Assembly (NCBI GenBank): GCA_951406725.2
Contig: OX597835.1
Coordinates: forward strand, 50,530,001 to 50,594,000
Direction: 5' to 3'
Source: Octopus vulgaris
Taxonomy: Eukaryota
DNA length: 64,000 nucleotides
This document shows positions 12,398 to 24,265 of this stretch, in pieces (position 1 is the stretch's first letter; each line of letters starts with the position of its first letter). Position numbers and translations under genes: made by a program. The notes below the pieces were generated by a model, which ran no database searches, was not told where the DNA came from, and worked only from the letters and a program-made list of their open reading frames with translations.

Positions 12398-13047
12398 CTT
12401 TTATCTTTTACTTGTTTCACTCATTAGACTGTGGCCATGCTAGGGCACTGCCTTGAAGAATTTTAATCAAACTCATTGACCTCAGTACTTATTCTATCAG
12501 TCTCTTTTGCCAAACTGCTAAGTTACAGTTACATAAACACACTGACACACATTGTCAAGGGGTGGTAGGGAACAAACACTTACACACAGATATACTAAAT
12601 TTCATCGATAAACACTTTTGGTCAGCTTAGGACTCAAAGTGTAACAAAGTGAAATGGAATCTCAAACCTTGTAGTTGCAAAGCAAACTTCTCAAACAACC
12701 GAATGGTCATGCCTCTATAATATTATTATTGCTAAGGCAGTAAACTGGCAGAATCATTTGCATGCTAGACAAAATGCTTAGCAGTGTTTCTTCTGGCTCT
12801 GTAAGTTCTGAGTTCATATACTGCCTTATTCATCTTTGCTTTTCCTATTTTTGTGGGATCAATAAATGAGTACCAGTTGAGCAATGAGGTTGATGTAATC
12901 AACTTTTCCCTTCCCTCAAAATTACTGGTTCCTGTGCCAAAATTAGACAGAATTATTATATTTTTGGTTGTTAAATTGTTGTCTTTAGTCTTTGAGGAAA
13001 AAAGATGACTCTGTTTATGACTACATTTCATGTTTCTTCTTTTGCAG

Positions 13048-13149
13048 AAAACAAAGAAGATGGACTTGAGTGGTGTGGTTATTGTTGATACAGACAATAA
13101 TACTGTAACACAAGACCTACAAGACGATGATAGTCTTCCAGATGAGATG
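13048..13149 (+). CDS. DENND1: DENND1 exon (KTKKMDLSGVVIVDTDNNTVTQDLQDDDSLPDEM)
   Basis: ttttgcag acceptor, gtatga donor, phase 0-0; VVIxxxDxN...LP motif. Confidence 0.92.
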
Positions 13150-14883
13150 GTATGAGTTTCAGCTTGGCTGTTTCCTGCTTTGGATTTAGATTATTCGTAG
13201 ATGCAGTTGAATAATTATCAATTCTAATATCATAACATCTATAACTATATCAGTTATTCTCAATCTTTCTGGCTTTGTTACACACTGGAGATGGAACCAA
13301 AATTATTGGCTCAAAAATTATTAGGAGAGTTAAAAGAAAAAAAAAATTGATGTTAAAAGAAAAAAAAAATTTTTATCATTTTCTTGTTTCAGTCATTAGA
13401 TTGCAGCCATGATGGGGCACCACCTTGAAGAATTTTAATAAAACCAATTGACCCCAGAACTTATTTTTTAAAAGCCTGGTACTTATTCTATCTGTTTCAT
13501 TTGTCAAACTGATTAGTTACAGGGACATAAGCATGCTAACACACACATGGCTTCTTTCAGTCGTCTTCTGCCAAACCCACTCAAAAGGCTTTAGTCAGCC
13601 TGAGGCTATAGTAGAAGATACTTGTCCAAGGTGCCATACAGTGGGACAAGCTTCTTACCACTCAGCCATGCCATGTTTTCATGATGTCCATGGGTTAATG
13701 TTATATATATATATAATAAAACTCTTGCTTACTTGGTTTTATTAATCATACTTGTGTATAACAAAATTATGAATGTCTGTTTCTGAAAACACTGAAGTAT
13801 TAGTATGGAATTTTCTAAATCCTTAACTTCTAAAAATCCATGGTGCATCTAGATGCAGCTTGAGTCACCTTAGTGCATGACAGTGCATTATCTGAGAATT
13901 GCTGCTCTACAAATATGGTCTGTCTCCTGAAGGACAATCCTGAAATAATTTATTACTTAAAAAGTCAACAATGTGTTTGCACCCTACATCTGAATGAGTG
14001 CAATGTGTAAAACACATTATGTGTTAGTACAGAATGAATTGTGAATTTTAGACAATGAATGTGTGTTTATTCAGAAATTGACACTTACAAGAGAAGTTGT
14101 GTTCTTTGTTTTGGTGGGTGTGGGGATGGGTTAAAATCAGAATGTCAAAAGTATGTAAGTGCCATCATCTGAATTTACATACATCTACACTCTACTGTAT
14201 GTTATTGAGTACTTTATACCTTGAATTTCTCTCCCAGTTTTTTAAACAGGAATCTGTGCGTATGTATATATATGTATATCATCATCAGCAGCAGTTTTCC
14301 ATACTGGCATGGGTTGGATGGTTTGACCGAAAGCTGGGGAAGTGCATTAGGTTTTAATCTGATTTTGCATGTCATCCTACAGCTGGGTGCCCTTCCTAAT
14401 GCTAACCACCCCAAGAGTGTAGTGGGTGCTTTGGGTGCCACATATGTGTGTGTGCATACATATACATAAAAGGCACTTTTATTGGTGACCTGTAAAGGCC
14501 ACTCAGTGTACTCTTGTGGAGTGGTGGACATCCAGCTGTAGAAACTAAGCCAAAAGAGATTGGAGCCCAGTGCAGCTCTCCGGCTTACCAGCTCTAGTTT
14601 CACCCATGCTAGCATGGAAAACAGATGCTAAATGATGATACACGCACATGGGCATGTATACACCACCCCCACCCCACATACACACACTTTTGAACACAGA
14701 TAGCAGAGTTTATGTAGTTGATAAAGAGATATCTTTGTTATGTAACCAATAACATAATGTGAGATACTCAAATTAGTGAATTTGTGTATCTGTTTTCTTT
14801 TTTTTGTTTCTTATAAGTAATCTGCTCAGAAACATGCTAAGTTTAAGAAGTGTATAAAAGCATTTTTTTGTTTCTATTCAAAG

Positions 14884-14992
14884 ACTTCAATTTTAAAGAA
14901 AATGCTTAAAAATGACAAGGTGAAGTCTTCAATGCAACTTGAAGGAGATGCTATATCACAAGCTTTCCTTATGAGTTTAGTCCGGACCATTG
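14884..14992 (+). CDS. DENND1: DENND1 exon (TSILKKMLKNDKVKSSMQLEGDAISQAFLMSLVRTI-G)
   Basis: ttcaaag acceptor, gtgagt donor, phase 0-1; GDxxxxAFL start of dDENN. Confidence 0.9.
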
Positions 14993-15939
14993 GTGAGTCA
15001 TTTATTAATTGTGGTTTTTCTTTCACATGTAATTTCTTTTGGGAGCTTAAAGACTACAACTTAATGTGTGGTACATACAAGGGGATGGGCAATGCAAATT
15101 TTGTATGTGACTGAGAAATGAAAGATGTAGCTCTTTAAGAAGGAACTAATTGTGCAGTTTGTATGAGAGGAATGGACTGTGCATTTCAGTTGTAATTGTT
15201 AGACCTTGTTCCAAGACTAATATGCTTATTATAAAAAATATTGGTATCATAGAACCATCGACTTCACAACTGATCACCACCAGCAAAAATACAAAAACAG
15301 TGGGAATAAGTATAAATTAAGAGTTCTAGAATTCTCTTATTTTCACAGTACAATATTTTTTGTTTGTGTTTCGTAGATTTTGACCTGTGCCAGTTAGTTG
15401 TGTAAATATCTAAATGCTGACATCTTAAGAGAAAGAAAGAATAGTATAGTTTGTATTGGGGTAATGGATTATACAGTTTTAGTAGAGGTAATTGGCTACA
15501 TTTTATACAGGGAGTATGAACAGAGCAGTTATTTTAGAGAAAGCTCAGAGCAGATATTATAGGGAGTATGGACAGAGCAGTTTTATTAGTTACTATGGAC
15601 TATGAAGCTTTCATAGGGAGTATGGAAATTTATACAGGACTACAATTTAATATGGACTGTGTGGTAGGGGATGAGCAATTCAAATAATACACGAGAATAA
15701 TTGGTGTACGTTTAAATGTACCTAAACTGTACTTGTCAAATTTAGTTGCAGGACTCATTCAATAGCCATGAACTCCATATTTCCATATCAAATACTGCTA
15801 CAGTCCCTTACATTTGTGTTGATAGACAAAGTTGTACTCGTCCTTTCGTGTTGACGAGTTAAAACTTTTTCCCTATTATCTACCCACCTCATGTCTGAAA
15901 TTGCATCCTATCTTCTGCTTTTATTTCTTGTCTTTCCAG

Positions 15940-16073
15940 GTGGCTATCGAGATGCTCTAAAATTCCAACCCAGTGAGAAGATCACATTTCAAAAAGATGC
16001 ATTCTTATTGTCAAGACCCAGTAGCATGCGACCATTCTTAGAAGATCTACTTGAACTTCAGATTTTTCATGAA
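15940..16073 (+). CDS. DENND1: DENND1 exon (G-GYRDALKFQPSEKITFQKDAFLLSRPSSMRPFLEDLLELQIFHE)
   Basis: tttccag acceptor, gtgagc donor, phase 1-0; dDENN. Confidence 0.95.
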
Positions 16074-16619
16074 GTGAGCTGTTAATCTTTTAAATCTGTT
16101 AATCTTTTAAATGTGTCATTCAATTACAGCAATACTATTCAAGATTGAAATTGTTTTTGCAAACCATATTTTTTCTCCCAATCCATAATTTTGGTCTTCT
16201 TGTTGTGCATCTAGGGCAAATCAGCTTGGTGGATGATATCTTCTCTCAGTGAGTGCCATGGAAAGATTTAAATTTTAAGCTGTTAGCTAATTCAAGTAGC
16301 AAAATGGCAGACTTTAAAGTCTCACATATAGTGCCTTATGGTAGTTATTCTGCCTCCTAAGTTGAAATCCTATCAAAATCACTTCCAGATTCAATTTCAC
16401 AACATGGTACTTTGGGCATGTGCCATGCAGTAGAATTGAACCTGAAACCACATTGTTCCAAATGCAAAATTCAGATTTTCTGTAATCATCTTGCTCCATA
16501 TACACACTAAAATGTTGCGAGTTGCTGCAGCTTTTATCATTTGAAATGCTAATTTAGCGAAACTATATATCATGCATAACAATATATAATTATATATCAC
16601 CTGCATATACACAATCTAC

Positions 16620-17800
16620 ACATGAACGTTCATGCGTAGATCAAATCGCCACTCTTTGTATCATCTTAGAGTAAAGTGCAGGGTGGAATGCACCACTTTA
16701 TAATTAACTTTATTGATTACGAAAAAGCATTTGATAGATAGGGAAGGCTTATGGAAAATTATGCAGCACTACAGCATGCCAGACAAGTATATATCTATAA
16801 TAAGAGCAACTTACCAAGGAATGTCATGCCAAATCTTGCATGGAAACGGAGCTATGGATAAATTTGAAGTAAAAACAGGAGTTCGACAGGGCTGTATACT
16901 TTCTCCTTTTTTATTTCTACTAGTTATAGATTGGATTATGAAGGAAACAACGATTGAAAGCCAAACAGGCATTGAATGGACGGATGCAAAAGCTGTAGAA
17001 GATCTCGACTTTGCAGATGATATAGTGCTACTTTCACAAACATATAGCCAAATGCAAAATAAAACATCAAAATTAGAAGCAATAGCTGCCAAACTAGGAT
17101 TGAAAGTCAGCCGCGACAAATCAAATATTATGTGCGTTAATGAAGAAAACAGCGAACGTATTAAACAAGAAACCGGTGCACTAGAGGATGTAGCTGAGTT
17201 TACGTATTTAGGTAGTAAGATAACGTTTTCAGGCAGCACTGATGAAGATATTAAGACGAGAATAAGTAAGGCAAGGACCGCTTTTCACCTGTTAAAAAAA
17301 GTATGGAGCGCAAGTGTAATTTCAATAAAGAACAAAATAAGAATTTTTAACACTAACGTAAAAGCAGTGTTTATTGTATGGGGCTGAGACATGATGAACA
17401 ACAGTTAAGTCAAATAAGCAAATAGAATCATTCATCAACAGATGCTTGTGTAGTATACTTAAAATTAGATGGCCCCAACACATAAGCAATATGGAGCTAT
17501 GGCAAAGAACAAATCAAGTTTCGATTAGGGAGCAAATATTTAGGAAAAAGTGGAAGTGGATTGGTAGCACAATCAGAAAAGACACACCAAATGTAGCGAA
17601 AAATGCTTTACAGTGGAAACTGGTTGGATATAGAAAGAGAGGTAGGCCTAAGAACTCGTGGCGTAGATCAACACAGAAGGAGCTGGAGAAAGGGGGACAT
17701 TCATGGCAGAGTATAAGTACAGAAGCCAAAAATTATGCGACATGGAATTCAATTATAAGTGGCCTATACTCTGTGTTGGAGGGTTAAAGGCAGAAAGAAG
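16620..17800 (+). mobile_element. RTE-clade LINE fragment of a different family (no PHD insert)
   Basis: GVRQGCILSPFLF, EDLDFADD, FTYLGS, C-terminal RKRGRPK; frameshifts. Confidence 0.9.
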
Positions 17801-17943
17801 AATATACACAAACCTAGCAACCCTGTCCACCTTATCTGCGTGACATTGCCCCACTGAACTCATCTCAAAATACCTTGACCTTGTCCTCTTACTCCTAGTG
17901 GCTTCCTTCCTGTCACATGTTCATAACACTAACCATGTTCTTT

Positions 17944-19530
17944 CATCATCACCATCATCATCGTTTAACGCCCGTTTTCCGTGCTAGCACGGGTTGGACG
18001 GTTCGACCGGGGTCTGGGAAGCCAGGGGCTGCACCAGGCTCTAGTCTGATCTGGCAGAGTTTCTACAGCTGGATGCCCTTCCTAATGCCAACCACTCCGC
18101 AAGTGTAGTGGGTGCTTTTTACGTGCCAGGGGAGTCCGGCATCGGCCATGATCGGTTGGTGCTTTTAACGTGCCACCGGCACGGAAGCCAGCCAAGGCGG
18201 TGCTGGCATCGGCCACGTTCGGATGGTGCTTTTTATGTGCCACCGGCACTGGAGCCAGTCGAGGCAGCGCTGCCATCGGCCACGTTCAGATGGTGCTTTT
18301 TATGTGCCAATGGCACAGAAGCCAGTCGAGGCGGCGCTGGCAAGGGCCATGTTCGGATGGTGCTTTTTATGTGCCACCGGCACAGGTATCACAACTACTA
18401 TTTCCATTGATATTTACTTCGATGTTCATGTACTTGACTCAACAGGTCTCCTCAAGCACAGCGGGATGTTCTGGAATCCAAGGTACTTTGAATGGGCAGG
18501 GGCTATGCGGAACTGGTGCAGGAAGAAGCCCAGGTCTTTGCAGTCACAGCATATCTCCAGAGATCTTGGTCCTTCGCCATCGCCTCAGTGAGGCCCAACG
18601 CTCTGAGGTCATGCTTGACTACCTCATCCCATGTCTTCCTGGGTCTACCTCTCCCCCTGATACCTTCAACTGTTTGAGAGTGGCACTTCTTCACACATCT
18701 CTCCTCATCCATCTGCAGTACATGACCATACCATCGCAAGCGTCACTCTTGCACACCACATCTGATGCTTCTTATGTCTAGCATTTCTCTCAGGATGCTT
18801 ACCCTCTGTCGTGCGCGCACACTGACATTACACATCCAGCAGATCATGCTAGCTTCATTCCTTTCAAGTCTACGCATGTCCTCTGCAGTCACAGCCCATG
18901 TTTCACTACCGTGAAGCATGACAGTTCGCACACATGCGTCATACAATCTACCTTTCACTCTGAGTGAGAGACCCTTTGTCGCCAGTAGGGGTAGGAGCTT
19001 TCTGAACTTTGCCCAGGCTATTCGTATTCTAGTGGTGACACTCTCTGAGCATCCACCTCCACTACTAACTTGGTCACCCAGGTAGCGGAAACTATCAACT
19101 ACTTCTAGTTTCTCCCCCTGGAGTGTGATAAAATCTGTTTTCTGAGTATCTGTGGTGTCTATTGTCTTTGTGCATCTGCCGCACATGAAAGCTATCTTAT
19201 CAGTTAATTTCCCTTTGATGTTGCTGCACCTCTTATGCGTCCATAACTTACACTGGGTGCATCTTATGGAGTTTCTACCTACACCTTTCCTACAGATCGA
19301 GCAGGGCCACCTGCTTGAGGGTGTGTGTGCTGAGTTCGCCTTTCTGCTTACTATAACTTTGGTCTTTGCTGCATTTACTCTAAGGCCCTTTGATTCTAAC
19401 CCTTGCTTCCACACCCGAAATTTCTTTTCTAGTTCCGGTAGTGATTCTGCTATGAGATCCAGGTCATCAGCATAGAGGAGCTCCCAGGGGCATCCTGTTT
19501 TGAATTCCTCTGTTATTTCCTGGGGGACTA
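17944..19530 (-). mobile_element. RTE LINE (PHD family), 3' part; continues at 22108-22836
   Basis: LYADD, PHD-like finger, GSETW, GRGRP, tandem 3'UTR, (GAT)n tail at ~17944-17962. Confidence 0.9.
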
Positions 19531-22107
19531 TCTCTTATTATTAAAGGCAGATTTTATCTGCCTCCCTTTGTATCTTATAGAAATCTACAATATAGGATTT
19601 CTTCAATTACAATTTACCTAGCATTTTTAAGAGTAGAATGCATCGGGTTGTGCCAGGTCCAGTTTTTAAAATTTCAACCCCAATTAAGCAAAATTTAGAG
19701 AAAACTCACATTGTGGTGTCTGAGTCAAGTGCTTTTCTTAGTGTGGGCTATAGCATACGTACACACACAAAAAGGGAGCGATCTGATTCACTCATGCTAT
19801 CACTCTAATTTCTATGACTTTCTCTTTGCAAGTTTGCAACGATTAAAGTGAAACTAATTCGATAAAACGAGAGAAGTGTACCTTAAACCACTACTAAAAA
19901 AAAAAAAACAGCAAACAGAAACAAATAAATACATAACGATTTACTCCTCACACAATTTCTTCAATTAGAGTTTACCCATGATTTTTCAAAGTACTTCCAT
20001 TGGGTCATGCCATACAAAATTTCTTTCAATTTTACCCCCAATTAAGACAAAATTCGAGAAAACTCAATATTTTAACATTTCACTCCGAAAGCATTGATGT
20101 ACATGTGTGCGTGCGTGAGTGTGTGTGTGTCATTCCTCACACACACGCATACTCATGCATATATGACAGTGACAAACACAAACGTTTCAAACAACTACAT
20201 ACAAACACGTGTGTGTTTGTTATTAGTAAAAAAGGCGCCAAAACACAACTCACTTATCATTCCAACACATTTGCAAAGACACACGGACGGTCGAATTGCT
20301 ATAACAATACAGAAAAGGTAAATTGGTTTTTATTTTACTTTCTGTCGTTAAATTTTGGTAGTATTAATTGGCGAGCCATACATACATAAATATATACACA
20401 TATTCTGTATATATTTTATTATATAATATTATATATAGATATATGTATATATAATTGCAGTATGAAACAGTGTTTATGTATAAACAGACGACACTTATAT
20501 ATAGTTATTAATAAATGTATGCATCCGTTTAACCCTTTCGTTACCAAACCGGCCGAAAAAAATTTTGGTTAATGTGACCAAGCCGCCCCAAACCGCCCGA
20601 ATTTACCTATTCATATTTAAATGAGAATATCAGAGTAAACTCTTTAGTACATTCGTGAAAACACGTATTATACTTCGTAAACAGTTCAACTACAGTTTTG
20701 TACAAAAATCGAAGTGTAATTTTAATTCCGTGAATTATGGGAGATTTTTTTCCGAAATTTGTTCCTATTGTGTTTTCAAAATTTGTAATTCTGACAAAAA
20801 AATGGATACGAATTTCATTATATCTAGCAGCGAGTCAGAATTCGAAGGATTTTCTACTGAAGACCTTCATAAATCTAACTCTATGACTGAAAAAAAAAAG
20901 CATGTGGTATTTGATAATGAATCTGATGTTTCATTTTCCGAAAGTGAAAACAGTGAATCCGAGATAAAGAAAATGAATTGGCACCTGAATGGAGTGAAAA
21001 TTAAAAAACTGTTTCTTTCGGTGATTTTTCTGAAGAAACTGGACCAAGCCACAGACTTTCCCAGAAGAGTAAAGCCTTAGACCATTTCTTTTTACTTTTT
21101 CGAATGAGCCCATTTGAAATCATTACAGCGGAAACGAACTGTTACGCTCAACGTAAACAAAGCGAAAGAAAGGATAGTTTGTTATTTCCCACAACCTTAA
21201 ATGAAATTAAGGCCTATTTTGCCATAAATATTATTATGGGTATCAGAAAGTTACCCAGAATAACAAATTCTATCGTAAAATTTTGTTGTATACCCAATTG
21301 AATATTAGCTAATAACCCATTTTCTATAGCGATGTTTGAACAAAATTTTAATAATTTTATATATTGTTGAATTTACCTATATCTACCTGCAATTAGAGTC
21401 ACTTTGTGACAAAAATTATAGTATAGAATTGGTTGAGAACATTTCATTAAATTATCTTCCAAAATTCATGTTAATATATTGATAAATAAAAAAGTTATAG
21501 TTGTTTAATGAAACCAGACTAAATTTATGATTACGTTAGAAAATAATTGAAACACATAAGGGGTGTATTTTGGTCAGAAATATAGTAACGAAAGGGTTAA
21601 GAAAAACCAAAAAATATTTTATTCTTTGTAAATGTTGTGTTCAAAATAACATTTTCTTTTAAGAATGTGTATATAACAAAGTATGTGTATATAACTACGT
21701 GGCTTATATCTTTATATATAAGAGTGAAGTTGTGTGTCTGTCTCCTACGATTTAGATTCGTAACTACTCCCACATTTTGCGGTGCAGTTTAACCAAAAGC
21801 GGGTATCTTATAGTCGTGATTCATATCGAGCCCTTCTGGGTATTAGCGCGCGTCTACGATGAGTCTACGATTTAAAAAAAATTTACCATCATATTTTTCC
21901 ATTTTAATGCATTTTTTTCGCTATTATATAAGGGAAGTAACTCTCTAAAAATATCTACGATGTGTCAACGATTTAAAAAAAAAATTTACCTTAATTTTTT
22001 TTCAATTTTTAATGCATTTTTTTGCTATTTTTTGGCTATAACTCTCTAAAAATGCTTATATAGTTATTTCCCTTACAAACCCGAGCAACGCCGGGCGATA
22101 CTGCTAG
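19531..22107 (+). mobile_element. Non-autonomous composite Helitron inserted at an A|T site of the RTE LINE
   Basis: 5' TC (ggactA|TCtctt), 3' hairpin cccgagcaacgccggg then CTAG|T, no TSD; the LINE rejoins exactly (ggacta|tgatgaat). A second TC-type 5' end lies at 21709. Confidence 0.85.
20533..21596 (+). mobile_element. Internally deleted piggyBac transposon with a PGBD-type transposase N-terminal remnant
   Basis: TTAA|CCCTTTCGTTAC ... GTAACGAAAGGG|TTAA; remnant ETNCYAQ...PTTLNEIKAYFAINIIMG..KLP. Confidence 0.9.
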
Positions 22108-22836
22108 TGATGAATAAAAGGGGACTGAGGGCTGGGCCTTGGTGTACACCTACTTCTACCAGGGATTCTTCACTATATTCGTTGCCAATCCTAACCTTGC
22201 TGACAGCCTCTCTGTATAGGGCCTGTACAGCCCTTATTAGCCATTCGTCAATCTCCAGTTTCCGCATCGACCACCAGATAAGGGATCGGGGCACCCTGTC
22301 AAAGGCTTTCTCCAAGTTCACAAAAGCTATGTAGAGGGGTTTATCTTTAGCTAGGTACTTCTCCTGCAGTTGTCGGACCAGGAATATAGCATCAATGGTG
22401 CTTCTACCTGGCACAAAACCGAACTGCATCTCATCTAAGCAAATTCTCTCCCTAATGAGATGGGTTATGAACCTCTCTCTGACCTTCATCACCTGATCCA
22501 ACAGTTTAATACCCCTGTAGTTATTTCTATCTAGAGCATCACCCTTACCTTTGTAGCAGTTGACTATGGTGCTGCTACGCCAGTCATTGGTTATGACTCC
22601 ATTATGAACTACCTGGTTTACAATGCGTGTAACTAGGCCATAGCCTACATAGCCAGATGTTTTAAGCATCTCAGCAGTGATTCCAGATGGGCCAGGGACT
22701 TTACCTTAACTACAAGGGAGCTATCTATTCGGATAGCTGGTCCTTCTACTGGGTCAACATTTGGCAGGCTCTCCTCCTCCAATTCATTCTCCACATTCAG
22801 CAGTTTTTCATAATGGCTTCTCCAAGCCTCTCTCAT
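22108..22836 (-). mobile_element. 5' part of the RTE LINE split by the Helitron
   Basis: CYKGKGD..NYRGI, QFGF, EKAFD, GVHQG; contiguous with 19530 once the Helitron is removed. Confidence 0.9.
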
Positions 22837-22869
22837 TAATTTGTTCTCCTTTCCTCCTGCCCCTCCAAA

Positions 22870-23560
22870 CTCCTGTTCACTCTTGACATTAAGTCCTTAT
22901 ACACTGTGACCCCTTACAATGAAGGCCTCCTTGCATTAAAATACTTTCTTGATCCTCAACCTGATGCCTCTACCCTCCTCATTTGGATGAATTTGTCTTC
23001 TTAAATTGCTTCTCATTTGCAGGAGAAATTTACCATCATGTCTTGGGAATGGTCATAGGAACAAGAATGAACCCCATCTATGCAAACATGTTTGTCAGTT
23101 ATGTTGAGGCCCAAATATTCACTCCTGAGCTGTATGGGTGTTACACCGATGACTGCATCGGTGCAACCTCACTTTTCTGCTAACATTTCGAAACCTTCCT
23201 CTCTTTCATTCAGTCCTTCCATCCTGCCATCAGATTCTCCTGTTCTGTCTCTAACACATCTGTCCCCACATTCTGTTACCGTCCACCTTTCTTACCACCT
23301 CCATCCTCTATATACCCAGACCCACACTCTTATCTCAGCTTCTCACACGAAACTGTTCATCGCTTACTCTCAGTTACTCTGTCTCTGCCACTCTGTAGTG
23401 ACAACCAAGACTTCAAGACCCAGTCCCAACTCATGGTTTGTCAATTCACCCAATAGGGATCCCTCCCCAACCCCACTGTTATCCAAACCATCCTTGCCCA
23501 TGCCCAATCTGTTGTCCATGCATCCACGCTATCTCTCTCTCCCCACCCTTACCTTTGATT
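22870..23560 (+). mobile_element. Degenerate Penelope-like (Neptune/Poseidon-type) RT fragment
   Basis: LDIKSLYT, FxFxGExY...GTRMxPxYANxF, YTDD, AYSQLL; same family as 33530-34415. Confidence 0.75.
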
Positions 23561-24039
23561 CATAAACAGTTAAAATACAATCATACACAATAATTTTGCC
23601 TATTCTTTCTATTCTGAGAGTCTTTGATTCATCATTGTCATTATCATCAAAGTTTTAAAGTACATCTTTCCATGCTTATGTGAGTCAGTTGAATCTCTAT
23701 TGAGGTGAATTTTTTATAACCAGACACTCTTCCTGTCACCAACCCTTGCTTCAAGCAAGGTGACACTTGACCAAAGTGCTGTACATTGGAACTGAACCCG
23801 AAATCACTTGATTTCAAAGTGAACCTCTTAACCACACAACCATGAATTCACTGAGCCTTGCCCTGTAGCAGTGTGCTGTAGGACTGAACCCAAAACCATA
23901 TTGTTGTGAAGCAAACTTATTAACAACACAACCATTGCAAATATCTTAACTAGTGATTAAGACCTTAGTATTAATTTAATCTTTAATATTAATCAATTAA
24001 TTACTGATGCAATTATGGTGGCTTTTTTTCATTTTCCAG

Positions 24040-24171
24040 TTTATTAACGAGCGATTAGATATGTTGAACTGTGGCATTGGTTTTACTGATGTGTTTGAAA
24101 GAGAAGCCACTCTCCATGCGGATAAATTGAATGCACATTCAAGATATAAAGAATGGTTAAGCAATATGAAG
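24040..24171 (+). CDS. DENND1: DENND1 exon (FINERLDMLNCGIGFTDVFEREATLHADKLNAHSRYKEWLSNMK)
   Basis: ttttccag acceptor, gtaagt donor, phase 0-0; resembles FIDGRLDLLNSGEGFSDVFE...QWLS of DENND1A. Confidence 0.95.
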
Positions 24172-24265
24172 GTAAGTCAGACCTACCCCTGTTATCATCT
24201 ACCTATCTGCTTGCCTGCTGTTATCTACTCACCTGTTATTCAAACCAACATGAGAACCTCTAAAT

